Part shown: positions 40,313 to 49,151 of the stretch, piece by piece
Position numbering within the stretch: the stretch's first letter is position 1
Layout of the letters: every line of letters starts with the position of its first letter
From: Bacteroidia bacterium
Lineage (GTDB): Bacteria > Bacteroidota > Bacteroidia > UKL13-3
NCBI GenBank assembly: GCA_044351265.1
Contig: JBILGC010000002.1
Span: forward strand, 19,797 to 83,796
Reading direction: 5' to 3'
Length of the DNA stretch: 64,000 bases
Position numbers and translations under genes: made by a program
Notes under the pieces: generated by a model
Database searches by the model: none
The model's input: only the letters and a program-made list of their open reading frames with translations
Told to the model about the DNA's origin: nothing

Positions 40313-40938
40313 ATAAGAAACAAGCTTCTGCTGTTTTAGTATTACTAATTTTATATGCCGTTGGCGCAATTGGCTCCATTACAGGCCGGTGGCAGGTTAT
40401 GCACCTAACGCCCATAAACCTGCTTATTAGCACAGTCATTTTGTTTGCGTTTCATCCGGTAAACGAAAGGGCTTTACTCGTTTATGCGCTGGTGGTTTTT
40501 GTGTGTGGTTTTTTAATTGAGTGGGCCGGGGTAGAAACAGGCCGCATTTTCGGAAGCTATTTTTATGGCAATAATCTTGGTATAAAACTGTTTGATGTGC
40601 CGCTTATTATTGGTATAAACTGGCTGCTGCTAAGCTACTGCTCATCTGTAATTGCATCAAATATTGTTGGCAATAAAAATGCTGTATTGCTTTCAGCTAT
40701 TGGTGCCTTAATGATGGTGCTTGTAGATTTTTTTATTGAGCAGCGTGCCCCTGATTTTGATTTCTGGTATTGGCAAAACAATGTGGTGCCTTTGCAAAAT
40801 TATACTGCATGGTTTGCTTTTGCTTTTGCATTTAATTTTCTGTTTTTTAAACTTCACATCAACAATAAAAATCCTATTGCGCCCGTGCTTTATTTATTGC
40901 AATTGCTATTTTTTGTAGCATTATTTTTTCTTCTTTAA
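40309..40938 (+). CDS. Polytopic membrane protein, candidate carotenoid-modifying enzyme
   Basis: 209 aa with about 6 hydrophobic helices. No HxxHH hydroxylase boxes. It has …FHPVNERALL… and …FLIEWAG… acidic motifs reminiscent of lycopene-cyclase-domain or carotenoid-biosynthesis membrane proteins. Translationally coupled to the upstream desaturase. Confidence 0.4.
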   Translation: MNKKQASAVLVLLILYAVGAIGSITGRWQVMHLTPINLLISTVILFAFHPVNERALLVYALVVFVCGFLIEWAGVETGRIFGSYFYGNNLGIKLFDVPLIIGINWLLLSYCSSVIASNIVGNKNAVLLSAIGALMMVLVDFFIEQRAPDFDFWYWQNNVVPLQNYTAWFAFAFAFNFLFFKLHINNKNPIAPVLYLLQLLFFVALFFLL

Positions 40939-40940
40939 GG

Positions 40941-41660
40941 GTGTTGCTACTTTCGTTTAGGATGAGCGAAGAATCAAAACTATTTAGCATAAAACAATGG
41001 GCAGAAGACGACAGGCCACGCGAGAAGCTATTGATGAAGGGAAAGACTTCTTTAAGCGATGCCGAGTTGTTGGCCATACTTATTGCCACGGGCACACGTG
41101 AGCTAACCGCATTTGATTTGGGGCAGCAGGTACTTAACCTCTCCAACAACAACCTTAATGAGTTGGGAAAACTTGGCATAAAGGATTTACAAAAAATTAA
41201 AGGTGTAGGAAAAGCAAAAGCCATTACCATTGCTGCCGCGCTGGAACTTGGCCGCAGAAGAAAAGAAACAGAGCCGCTGCAGCGCAGTGCATTTACCTCC
41301 AGCAAAGATGCATACCAATACTTTGAGCCCATGCTGGCCGATTTGAAACATGAAGAGTTTTGGGTATTGCTCCTCAATCGTTCCAATAAATTTATTGGCG
41401 CAAAACGTATTAGCGAAGGCGGGGTTAGCGGCACGGTTGCCGATCCGAAAATTATTATGAGATACGCCATTGATGAACTGGCCTCTTGCATTATCCTTTG
41501 CCACAACCACCCCTCCGGCTCAGTAAAACCAAGCGAAGCAGACCTGCGCTTAACCGATAAAATCAGGCACGCTGCAACATTGCTCGACATTCATCTGATA
41601 GATCATATTATTATCGGAGAAAAAACATACTTCAGTTTTGCAGATGAGGGCAAACTCTAA
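40941..41660 (+). CDS. radC: RadC-family JAB/MPN-domain protein
   Basis: 239 aa. N-terminal HhH region (…LSDAELLAILIATGTRE…, …IKGVGKAKAITIAAALELGRR…). C-terminal JAMM motif …HNHPSGSVKPSEAD…. Confidence 0.9.
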   Translation: MLLLSFRMSEESKLFSIKQWAEDDRPREKLLMKGKTSLSDAELLAILIATGTRELTAFDLGQQVLNLSNNNLNELGKLGIKDLQKIKGVGKAKAITIAAALELGRRRKETEPLQRSAFTSSKDAYQYFEPMLADLKHEEFWVLLLNRSNKFIGAKRISEGGVSGTVADPKIIMRYAIDELASCIILCHNHPSGSVKPSEADLRLTDKIRHAATLLDIHLIDHIIIGEKTYFSFADEGKL

Positions 41661-41704
41661 ACCGGTGTTTGATTTGAGCAACATTCCCCTATTTTTGCTA
41701 CTAC

Positions 41705-42220
41705 ATGGCAGGTGTTTTACACAACATACGCAAACAAATCAGAAAGCATCCCTTTCTGCATAAGTTCATCAAGTTTTGTTTTGTTGGTGCGGCCAGTGCA
41801 ATGGTAAGTTTATTTGTTTTCTGGGTGTTTTCTATGCAGTTTCCGCAATACAATCTTTTAGGTAAGGCCATTGGCTATGCAATAGGTTTTTTTGTGGGCT
41901 TTACCCTTAATAAATTCTGGACTTATGTTGATCGAGCAGATGATGGAGAAAAATACCTGATGAAGTACGTGATTGTTTATGCGGCCACTTTTTTGGTTTA
42001 CCTTATTTTTAATTACACCTGTGATCATCTTTTGCGCCTGCACCAGCCCGTTTATTGGGTGCTGGACTGGCTTCAATTGCATGAGGTTGCAGAATGGGCT
42101 TATAGGTATGATACAACCGTATCAAATGCAGCATCAATTGTGGTTAATGCCGTGTTAAATTTTTTGGGAACCAATTTTCTGGTGTTTAGGGTGCCAAAAC
42201 CCGAAGAGCTTTTTGATTAA
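41705..42220 (+). CDS. GtrA-family membrane protein
   Basis: 171 aa. Four predicted helices beginning …FIKFCFVGAASAMVSLFVF…. Confidence 0.55.
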   Translation: MAGVLHNIRKQIRKHPFLHKFIKFCFVGAASAMVSLFVFWVFSMQFPQYNLLGKAIGYAIGFFVGFTLNKFWTYVDRADDGEKYLMKYVIVYAATFLVYLIFNYTCDHLLRLHQPVYWVLDWLQLHEVAEWAYRYDTTVSNAASIVVNAVLNFLGTNFLVFRVPKPEELFD

Positions 42221-43500
42221 TCTTTCTTCTTCAATTTCTTCTTTTGCTGGGCGCTCATGCTATTAATTCTCTTGTAATATCCTGTTTTGCTAGACTTAAC
42301 CCAGATGGTTATTTTTTGGCCTCTCTTTAGCTTGTCTGATTTAAGCTTATTCCAAGATTTTATTTCTTTCGGGGTTACATCAAACCAATCTGCCACATCT
42401 GTTAGAATATCTCCTTTTTTTACGGTATAGCTAACCCTTTTCTTATCAAACTTCGTTGTTTCACCGGGCGCTTGTTGCTCGGCTGTTTCTGTTGGTGTTG
42501 AGGTTTTTGTTGTATCTGCTTGTGCCTGCTGAATAGCAACCGGAGCAAACTCTGTTGGTTTGGGTAGCGGGTTGTAAACAGTGTCTTTTAACAGCTCAAA
42601 TAACTTTCCTTTGGTTTTGGGTAAATAAATCCAATAGCCATCTACGTTGTAAGGTATAATATCCTTTTTAAATACAGGGTTAAGCTTACGAAGCTGCTCC
42701 AGTGGAATATCTATGGTTGCAGATATTTGCTGAAACGAAAGCCACTTGTTTACCAAAACACTGTCGTTCTCATTAAACAGCTCCGGATAAACAGGCTTTA
42801 TGCCGTGTTCCTTATAATAATTCATGATGTATGCCGCAGCAACAAAACGCGGATACACATCTCGCGTATTTTCAGGAATAAAGGGGTATACATCCCAAAA
42901 ATAAAGGCTGTTGCCTGCCATGCGTATGCATTTATTTAGCATTACCGGAGAGCATGCATAAGATGCAATTACCAGTGGCCACTGTTTATAAATGCTGAAC
43001 AGGTCTTTGAAATGAGTAACCGCAGTTGTTGTAGATTTTCTGATGTCTTTTCTTTCATCAACAAAAGAATTTACCTTCAGCTTATACATTTTTGAAACAT
43101 TGTACATCATCATCCACATACCTGTTGCGCCATAAGGATTTTGTGAAAGCGGGTCAAGCTCAGAAAGTGCAACGGCAAGATATTTTAAATCGATTGGAAG
43201 ATTTTTTGCGCGAAGCGCCTTTTCAATCATCGGAAAATAAACCTTGCTCATGCCAATAATCTCTCTGGTTTTTTCGGGGTTTTCCAGATAAGCATCAATA
43301 TGTTTTTTTACTTGTGGATGATAGCTTAAATCAACTGGCGATTTTAAAACGGCAAGCCGGGTTTGGTATTGCTCTTCTGTGCCGGTTTTTATCTGCGCAT
43401 TGCCGTTAAAAGCCAAAAGCGGGCCAATTAAATTTAATAATAATAAAAGTTTTTTCATCACAGAACTACCTTCAGAATTATAGTGTTTGTGCAAGAGCAA
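42217..43500 (-). CDS. Lytic transglycosylase (MltD-like) with a C-terminal LysM domain
   Basis: 427 aa. Signal peptide at an internal Met (MKKLLLLLNLIGPLLAFNGNAQ); the track start is probably 14 codons too long. SLT-like catalytic region. C-terminal LysM …YTVKKGDILTDVADWFDVTPKEIKSWNKL…. Confidence 0.7.
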   Translation of the reverse strand: MLLHKHYNSEGSSVMKKLLLLLNLIGPLLAFNGNAQIKTGTEEQYQTRLAVLKSPVDLSYHPQVKKHIDAYLENPEKTREIIGMSKVYFPMIEKALRAKNLPIDLKYLAVALSELDPLSQNPYGATGMWMMMYNVSKMYKLKVNSFVDERKDIRKSTTTAVTHFKDLFSIYKQWPLVIASYACSPVMLNKCIRMAGNSLYFWDVYPFIPENTRDVYPRFVAAAYIMNYYKEHGIKPVYPELFNENDSVLVNKWLSFQQISATIDIPLEQLRKLNPVFKKDIIPYNVDGYWIYLPKTKGKLFELLKDTVYNPLPKPTEFAPVAIQQAQADTTKTSTPTETAEQQAPGETTKFDKKRVSYTVKKGDILTDVADWFDVTPKEIKSWNKLKSDKLKRGQKITIWVKSSKTGYYKRINSMSAQQKKKLKKKD

Positions 43501-44887
43501 GAAGTTCGTCCTCGTAAAAATTATTGCCCATTAATTGCACGCCTATTGGCAGCCCGTTGCTGTGCGTGCCGCAAGGCACAGAAACCGCTGGGTGGCCCGA
43601 TATATTGGCATGAACAGTAAAAATATCGGCCAAATACATTGCAATCGGATCAGTTGATTTTTCGCCTGCTTTAAATGCGGGCGTTGGTGTAGTGGGTAAA
43701 AGAATAAAGTCAAATTTTTCAAACAGTTCATTGGTTTTTTGCTGCACCAGTTTTCTTACTTGTTGTGCCTTGCTGTAGTAGGCATCAAAAAAACCCGCTG
43801 ATAACACAAAGGTTCCTAGCATAATTCTTCTTTTCACTTCAGGGCCAAAACCTTCACTACGCGATTTTTTAAAGGTTTCTTCTAAGTCTTTTGCCTTTGG
43901 GCTTCTGTATCCATACATCAATCCGGAAAAACGCGATAGGTTTGAAGAGGCCTCTGCGGTAGTTAGCACATAATATATAGGCACCAATACATCTAAAAGC
44001 GGAAAACTTATTTCTTCAATATGATGCCCTTGTAATTTAAGTTTTTCTATGGTTGCCTCTACTGCCTTTTTTACTTCCGGATCAACTCCTTCGTGATATA
44101 ACCCTTCCTTCATTACCGCAATCTTGGCGCCTGTCTTTGTTGTGGTTTGTTTAAACTGCGGAACCGGCTTGGCGGAGGTGGTTGCATCATGCGGGTCAAT
44201 TCCGGCAATTACCTCCATAATAGTTTGCATATCTGAAATGCTTGAGGTAAGTGGCCCAATCTGATCAAATGATGAAGCATATGCAATCAGGCCATAACGC
44301 GATACCCGGCCATAGGTTGGTTTAAGCCCGTAAACACCGCAAAAAGCGGCCGGCTGCCTAACAGAACCTCCCGTATCAGAGCCTAATGTAGCTAAACACA
44401 AATCGGCTTGCACAGCAACCGCTGCGCCACCGGAAGAGCCTCCGGAAACATGCTCGTTGTTGGCAGCATTAAGCACCCTGCCAAATGCTGAATTTTCATT
44501 TGATGCACCCATAGCAAACTCATCACAATTGAGTCTGCCAATAATAATCGCGTCTTCAGCCAATAGCCTTTCTACAACAGTAGCTGAATAAACAGACTCA
44601 AACCCTTCAAGAATTTTAGAAGAAGCAGAAGCCTTGTGCGCTTTATAACAAATATTGTCTTTAATGCCAATAACCATTCCGGCAAGTTTACCTGCCGTAC
44701 CATTTTTTATTTTTTGCTCGATGTGCTCTGAAGCATGTAACGCCTCTTCTGCCCAAACCTCCAAAAACGCATTGAGTGATTTCTGTTTTTCAATATTCTC
44801 CAGATAATACGAAACAAGACCACGCATGGTGATCTTGCCTGCCAATAAATCGGCATTTATTTCTTTAAGACTGCTATATCTTTTCAC
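43478..44887 (-). CDS. gatA: Glutamyl/aspartyl-tRNA amidotransferase subunit A
   Basis: 469 aa. Amidase signature …GGSSGGAAVAVQADLCLATLGSDTGGSVRQPAAFCGVYGLKPTYGRVSRYG…. Confidence 0.93.
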   Translation of the reverse strand: MKRYSSLKEINADLLAGKITMRGLVSYYLENIEKQKSLNAFLEVWAEEALHASEHIEQKIKNGTAGKLAGMVIGIKDNICYKAHKASASSKILEGFESVYSATVVERLLAEDAIIIGRLNCDEFAMGASNENSAFGRVLNAANNEHVSGGSSGGAAVAVQADLCLATLGSDTGGSVRQPAAFCGVYGLKPTYGRVSRYGLIAYASSFDQIGPLTSSISDMQTIMEVIAGIDPHDATTSAKPVPQFKQTTTKTGAKIAVMKEGLYHEGVDPEVKKAVEATIEKLKLQGHHIEEISFPLLDVLVPIYYVLTTAEASSNLSRFSGLMYGYRSPKAKDLEETFKKSRSEGFGPEVKRRIMLGTFVLSAGFFDAYYSKAQQVRKLVQQKTNELFEKFDFILLPTTPTPAFKAGEKSTDPIAMYLADIFTVHANISGHPAVSVPCGTHSNGLPIGVQLMGNNFYEDELLALAQTL

Positions 44888-44890
44888 CGA

Positions 44891-45100
44891 TTATTTGCTT
44901 TCTTCCTTGTCTTTTTCTTTCATGCCCTCCTCTATCTGTGATTTCACATTTTTCTTTGCATCATTAAATTCTCTGATGCCCTGGCCTACGCCACGCATTA
45001 ATTCAGGAATTTTTTTGCCGCCAAACAACAATAATATAGCAAGGATAATTAGTATCCATTCTCCACCGCCAAGGTTTCCTAGAAAAAGTAATGTCTTCAT
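44891..45100 (-). CDS. tatA: Twin-arginine translocase subunit TatA/E
   Basis: 69 aa. One TM helix plus an amphipathic helix (…GGGEWILIILAILLLFGGKKIPELMRGVGQGIREF…). Confidence 0.9.
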   Translation of the reverse strand: MKTLLFLGNLGGGEWILIILAILLLFGGKKIPELMRGVGQGIREFNDAKKNVKSQIEEGMKEKDKEESK

Positions 45101-45158
45101 TTGTTAAAAATAAATTAGCGTACGAAATTAATTTTTTATTTGAAATAAATATATGTGA

Positions 45159-46373
45159 CTAGAGCTGCACTTGTTTTTTTAGCTGCGCCACTTCACGAGC
45201 GTTTAACTCACGCCATTCTCCGCGTTTCATTCCTTTTTTGTTAAAGCCTGCATAAACTACTCTATCCAACTTATCTAGCGAATACCCTAGAGATTCAAAA
45301 AGGCGGTGCACAATTCTGTTTTTTCCGCTATGCAACTCTACCATCACTTCGTTTTTATGTGCGGGGTCTGGCATAACAACCGCATCAGGCTTCATAAAAC
45401 CATCTTCCAACTCTAAACCATTGGCCAACTCCCACAAATGCTCGCCTTTAAAATTTTTATTAAGTGTTGCTTTATATACTTTCTGTACTCCGTATTTGGG
45501 GTGCATCAGGCGCTGAGAAAGCTCGCCATCGTTGGTTAAAATTAGCACACCTGTTGTATTCCTATCTAATCTTCCGATGGGGTAAACCCTTGGCAAATCA
45601 TGTCCAATAAGCAAGTCTGTTACAATTCTTCTCTTATCAGGATCGTCTAAAGATGTAATCGTATCTTTAGGCTTGTTCATAATGATGTAGGCTTTTCTTT
45701 CGGTTGATAAGCGCTCGTTATTAAACTTCACTTCATCTCCAGGCCTTACCTTTTTGCCAAGCTCTGTTACTATATTGCCATTCACGCTCACCAGCCCTGC
45801 AGCAATCAACTCATCGGCTTCTCTTCTGGAGCAAACACCTGCATTGGAAAGATATCTGTTAAGCCTTATTTCACCATCAAAAGATTCGGGTTGATTATCA
45901 TTTTCTTTGCGCTTTTTTTCATAGGATTTTTGATAACCCTTTTTATAAGCAAACTTATTGTCGGTATTCTTTTTTGAAAAGCTTCGTTTTTCTGAACTCC
46001 TTCTTTCGCCTTGCTTATCTCTGCCAGATTCAAATATTGGTTTGCGGCTATCTGTTTGTTTGTTTGTGCGGTTGCGCCCAAATGGCTTTTCTTTCTCGTT
46101 TTTGGAGGCTATTCTCTTTTCTGCCAAACGTGCCTTAGCTTTATCTATGGTGTTGGTGCGGCCTGCTTTTTCTGTAGGTTTTCCAAATCTGGTTTTTGCT
46201 CCTTCTTGTTCTGGTTTATTCTTTGAAGAAAATGACGGTCTGGTTTTTTTAAAGGGGCCTCTTTTTTCTTCCTTAAATCGGTTATTGCTTTTGGGGGCTC
46301 GGCTGCTGCTTTTTGCCTGACCAAATTTTCCGGAAGGTTTTTTAGCTCCTTGGGGTTGTTTTCTGTTTTTCAT
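45159..46373 (-). CDS. rluB: RsuA/RluB-family pseudouridine synthase with a long basic N-terminal extension
   Basis: 404 aa. Residues about 1-165 are K/R/E/S-rich low complexity. Then an S4 domain (…IRLNRYLSNAGVCSRREADELIAAGLVSVNG…) and the catalytic …RLDRNTTGVLILTNDGEL… Asp motif. Confidence 0.88.
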   Translation of the reverse strand: MKNRKQPQGAKKPSGKFGQAKSSSRAPKSNNRFKEEKRGPFKKTRPSFSSKNKPEQEGAKTRFGKPTEKAGRTNTIDKAKARLAEKRIASKNEKEKPFGRNRTNKQTDSRKPIFESGRDKQGERRSSEKRSFSKKNTDNKFAYKKGYQKSYEKKRKENDNQPESFDGEIRLNRYLSNAGVCSRREADELIAAGLVSVNGNIVTELGKKVRPGDEVKFNNERLSTERKAYIIMNKPKDTITSLDDPDKRRIVTDLLIGHDLPRVYPIGRLDRNTTGVLILTNDGELSQRLMHPKYGVQKVYKATLNKNFKGEHLWELANGLELEDGFMKPDAVVMPDPAHKNEVMVELHSGKNRIVHRLFESLGYSLDKLDRVVYAGFNKKGMKRGEWRELNAREVAQLKKQVQL

Positions 46374-46648
46374 GTGCAGAGCAAAGGTAGGTTATTTTTT
46401 ATGCATGCCTTGTTTTACTTAACACGCATGGGTTTGTGGTTAATCTCATTTTTCAACGAATGTGCACAGCAAAGGCTTTTCTTCTAAACTAAAGTTACTG
46501 CTAATGAGCGTTTTAGATTCGACCCTTTTATTTTGTGTCTATTAAATTATTTCGGGCCGCGGTATCGTTTGTGTTTTCCGCTATGCTGGAGCGCTCTAAT
46601 GCAAAAAAACAGGGTAAATTTGCCTTGCAGCAATAATCACCCTAGCAA

Positions 46649-47890
46649 TTGATCAACTATCAGCGTTTTTTTCTTCAAAACGGGCTTACCGTAATTCATC
46701 ACCACGACCCCAATACAAAGCTTTGCGTACTGAACATTCTTTACAAGGTTGGTTCAAAAAATGAGTTGCCCAACAAAACAGGATTTGCCCATTTATTTGA
46801 ACACCTCATGTTCGGGGGGTCAGTAAATATTTCTGACTATGATGGTGAACTTCAAAAAGCGGGCGGTGAAAACAATGCCTTTACAAGCAACGATATTACC
46901 AATTATTACCTTACGCTTCCACAGCAAAATATTGAAACGGGCTTTTGGCTGGAAAGCGACCGCATGCTTAGCCTTGATTTCAGTGACCATTCGCTTGACG
47001 TACAACGCAATGTGGTAATTGAAGAGTTTAAAGAGCGTTACCTGAATCAACCATATGGAGATATTTGGTTAAAGCTATTGCCCCTGGCCTACAAGGTTCA
47101 CCCCTATAGCTGGCCAACCATTGGTAAAGAAATAGGCCATATTGAATCGGCAACTTTAGATGATGTAAAAGATTTCTTCTTTTCTTTCTATGCTCCCAAT
47201 AATGCAATTTTGGTTGTGGCCGGAAACATAGATATTGAACAAACAAAAGCGCTTTGCCAAAAGTGGTTTGCAGAAATTCCGTCTAGAGAGGTTCGTAAGC
47301 CTATTTATGAGCAAGAACCAAAGCAAACAGAGGCTCGTTTTCTAAGCATTGAAGACGATGTGCCGCTACATGCCATTGTTAAAGCATACCACATGCCTGC
47401 TCGCATGGAAAACGGTTATTACGAAGCCGATTTGTTATCAGACATGTTGGGCTCCGGCCGCTCGGCAATCCTTTACCAGGAGCTGGTTAAAAAGCAGCGC
47501 ATATTCTCTGAACTAGATTGTTACATATCGGGCGATGTTGACCGCGGCTTGTTTGTTATTGAAGGCAAGTTAATGAAAAATGTTACGCACGAAAAAGCAA
47601 ACGAAGAAATAGAAAAAACGCTGCGTTGGGCGTTAGACAATGTTGAAGAAAAGGATTTGCAGAAAGTGAAAAACAAAACAGAAACCACCATACGCTTCAA
47701 TGAAATTAACGTGCTAAACAGGGCCATGAAGTTGGCATATTGTGAAATGCTGGGAGATATTGAACTAGCAAATTCAGAGGCAGAACAATACCTGAAAGTG
47801 AATTTAAAAACACTTCAAGCCTTGGGTAAAGATATGCTCAGAACCGAAAAATGCTCCACACTTTTTTATATAAGCAAAAATGCCCATTAA
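46649..47890 (+). CDS. M16-family zinc peptidase, active subunit
   Basis: 413 aa. Inverted zincin motif HxxEH as …FAHLFEHLMFGGS… Starts at TTG, with no in-frame ATG upstream. Confidence 0.88.
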   Translation: MINYQRFFLQNGLTVIHHHDPNTKLCVLNILYKVGSKNELPNKTGFAHLFEHLMFGGSVNISDYDGELQKAGGENNAFTSNDITNYYLTLPQQNIETGFWLESDRMLSLDFSDHSLDVQRNVVIEEFKERYLNQPYGDIWLKLLPLAYKVHPYSWPTIGKEIGHIESATLDDVKDFFFSFYAPNNAILVVAGNIDIEQTKALCQKWFAEIPSREVRKPIYEQEPKQTEARFLSIEDDVPLHAIVKAYHMPARMENGYYEADLLSDMLGSGRSAILYQELVKKQRIFSELDCYISGDVDRGLFVIEGKLMKNVTHEKANEEIEKTLRWALDNVEEKDLQKVKNKTETTIRFNEINVLNRAMKLAYCEMLGDIELANSEAEQYLKVNLKTLQALGKDMLRTEKCSTLFYISKNAH

Positions 47891-49151
47891 CAGACTGTTA
47901 GCCCCGGCCGTAAAAGAGATAGATAAGGCAATAATTAAGCCTGCTGTTTGCTTAACACTGCCAAACGGAATCAACATGTATTCGGTTAACGACCCAAGTG
48001 TTGATGTGCTAAAAATTGAATTTGTATTTGATGCAGGCGCCCGATTACAACCTTCACCTTATGTGGCTAGCGCAACAAGTGCTTTACTGGTTGAAGGGAC
48101 CTCAAATTACACCTCTAAAGAACTAGCAGAAAACCTTGATTTTTTTGGCGCATACCTACAAAACCGTTCGGGTAGTGATGATGCAACACTTACGCTATTT
48201 TGCCTGCCCAAGCATCTGGAGTCTTGTCTGCCTTTTGTGGTTGATATTTTGACAAATGCCAGTTACAGCGAACAGGAACTTATTACACAAAAGGAGAATG
48301 CCATACAACGTTTGATGGTGAATGAAAGTAAAACTTCATATCTAGCAAGAAGATCGTTTTATGAATCGGTTTTTGGAAACGATAATCCATACGGAAGACT
48401 TGTATATCAACAAGATATAAATAATATTTCACGTGAAACACTTGTTTCATTCTATGAGGAGAAATATAAAACCAAACTAAAATACCTGATAATTTCCGGA
48501 TCGGTTGGAGGCCAGGTTATTGATAAAGTTGCAACAGCGCTTTCGAGCTTCACAGGGCACAGCCAAACCGAATATGCATATGCCACTGCGCAAGAAGGTG
48601 CAAAGAAGGTAGCTATTCATAAAAAAAGCTCGATACAATCTACAATTAGAATTGGGCGGAAACTATTTAACCGAAACCACCCGGATTTTAGAAAAATGCA
48701 ACTGCTTAATTTGGTTCTGGGCGGGTATTTTGGTTCTAGGCTTATGTCTAACATCAGAGAAGATAAAGGTCTAACCTATGGCATTTATTCCTCGCTGGAA
48801 TCCTATCTTTATGATGGGGCATTCTACATCGAAACAGATATTAATAATGATCTGGTTGAACTTGGCATTTCAGAAATATACAAAGAGCTGCAGCGTCTTC
48901 GCGTGCAGCCTATTGGGGACAAAGAGCTGAATACCGCAAAAAGTTATATGTTGGGTTCATTTCTAAGAAGCCTTGATGGGGTTTTTGAACAGGCCAACCG
49001 CCAAAGGGTTTTAATTGATTATGGCCTAGGCGCTGAATATTATGAAGAGTTTATTGAAATAATTAAAAACACCGATTCGTTATCGCTTTTAGAATTGGCA
49101 AATAAATATTTAAAACAAGAGAGTTTTTATGAGGTTGTTGCGGGTAAATAG
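47880..49151 (+). CDS. M16-family peptidase-like protein, probable non-catalytic partner
   Basis: 423 aa. M16 fold-length homology to the preceding gene but no HxxEH. Overlapping start and stop, so operon-coupled. Confidence 0.75.
   Translation: MPINRLLAPAVKEIDKAIIKPAVCLTLPNGINMYSVNDPSVDVLKIEFVFDAGARLQPSPYVASATSALLVEGTSNYTSKELAENLDFFGAYLQNRSGSDDATLTLFCLPKHLESCLPFVVDILTNASYSEQELITQKENAIQRLMVNESKTSYLARRSFYESVFGNDNPYGRLVYQQDINNISRETLVSFYEEKYKTKLKYLIISGSVGGQVIDKVATALSSFTGHSQTEYAYATAQEGAKKVAIHKKSSIQSTIRIGRKLFNRNHPDFRKMQLLNLVLGGYFGSRLMSNIREDKGLTYGIYSSLESYLYDGAFYIETDINNDLVELGISEIYKELQRLRVQPIGDKELNTAKSYMLGSFLRSLDGVFEQANRQRVLIDYGLGAEYYEEFIEIIKNTDSLSLLELANKYLKQESFYEVVAGK

Noticed and set aside
40874-41590. 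238-aa minus-strand ORF covering all of radC
   Set aside because: It is long, but radC on the plus strand has intact HhH and JAMM (HNHPSG) motifs. The antisense translation is Ser/Leu-rich low complexity with no start context, so it is treated as a shadow ORF.
46520-46545. tRNA-like T-arm string (…tagattcgaccc…) in the rluB/M16 spacer
   Set aside because: There is no acceptor stem or anticodon arm complementarity around it. It does not fold into a cloverleaf.
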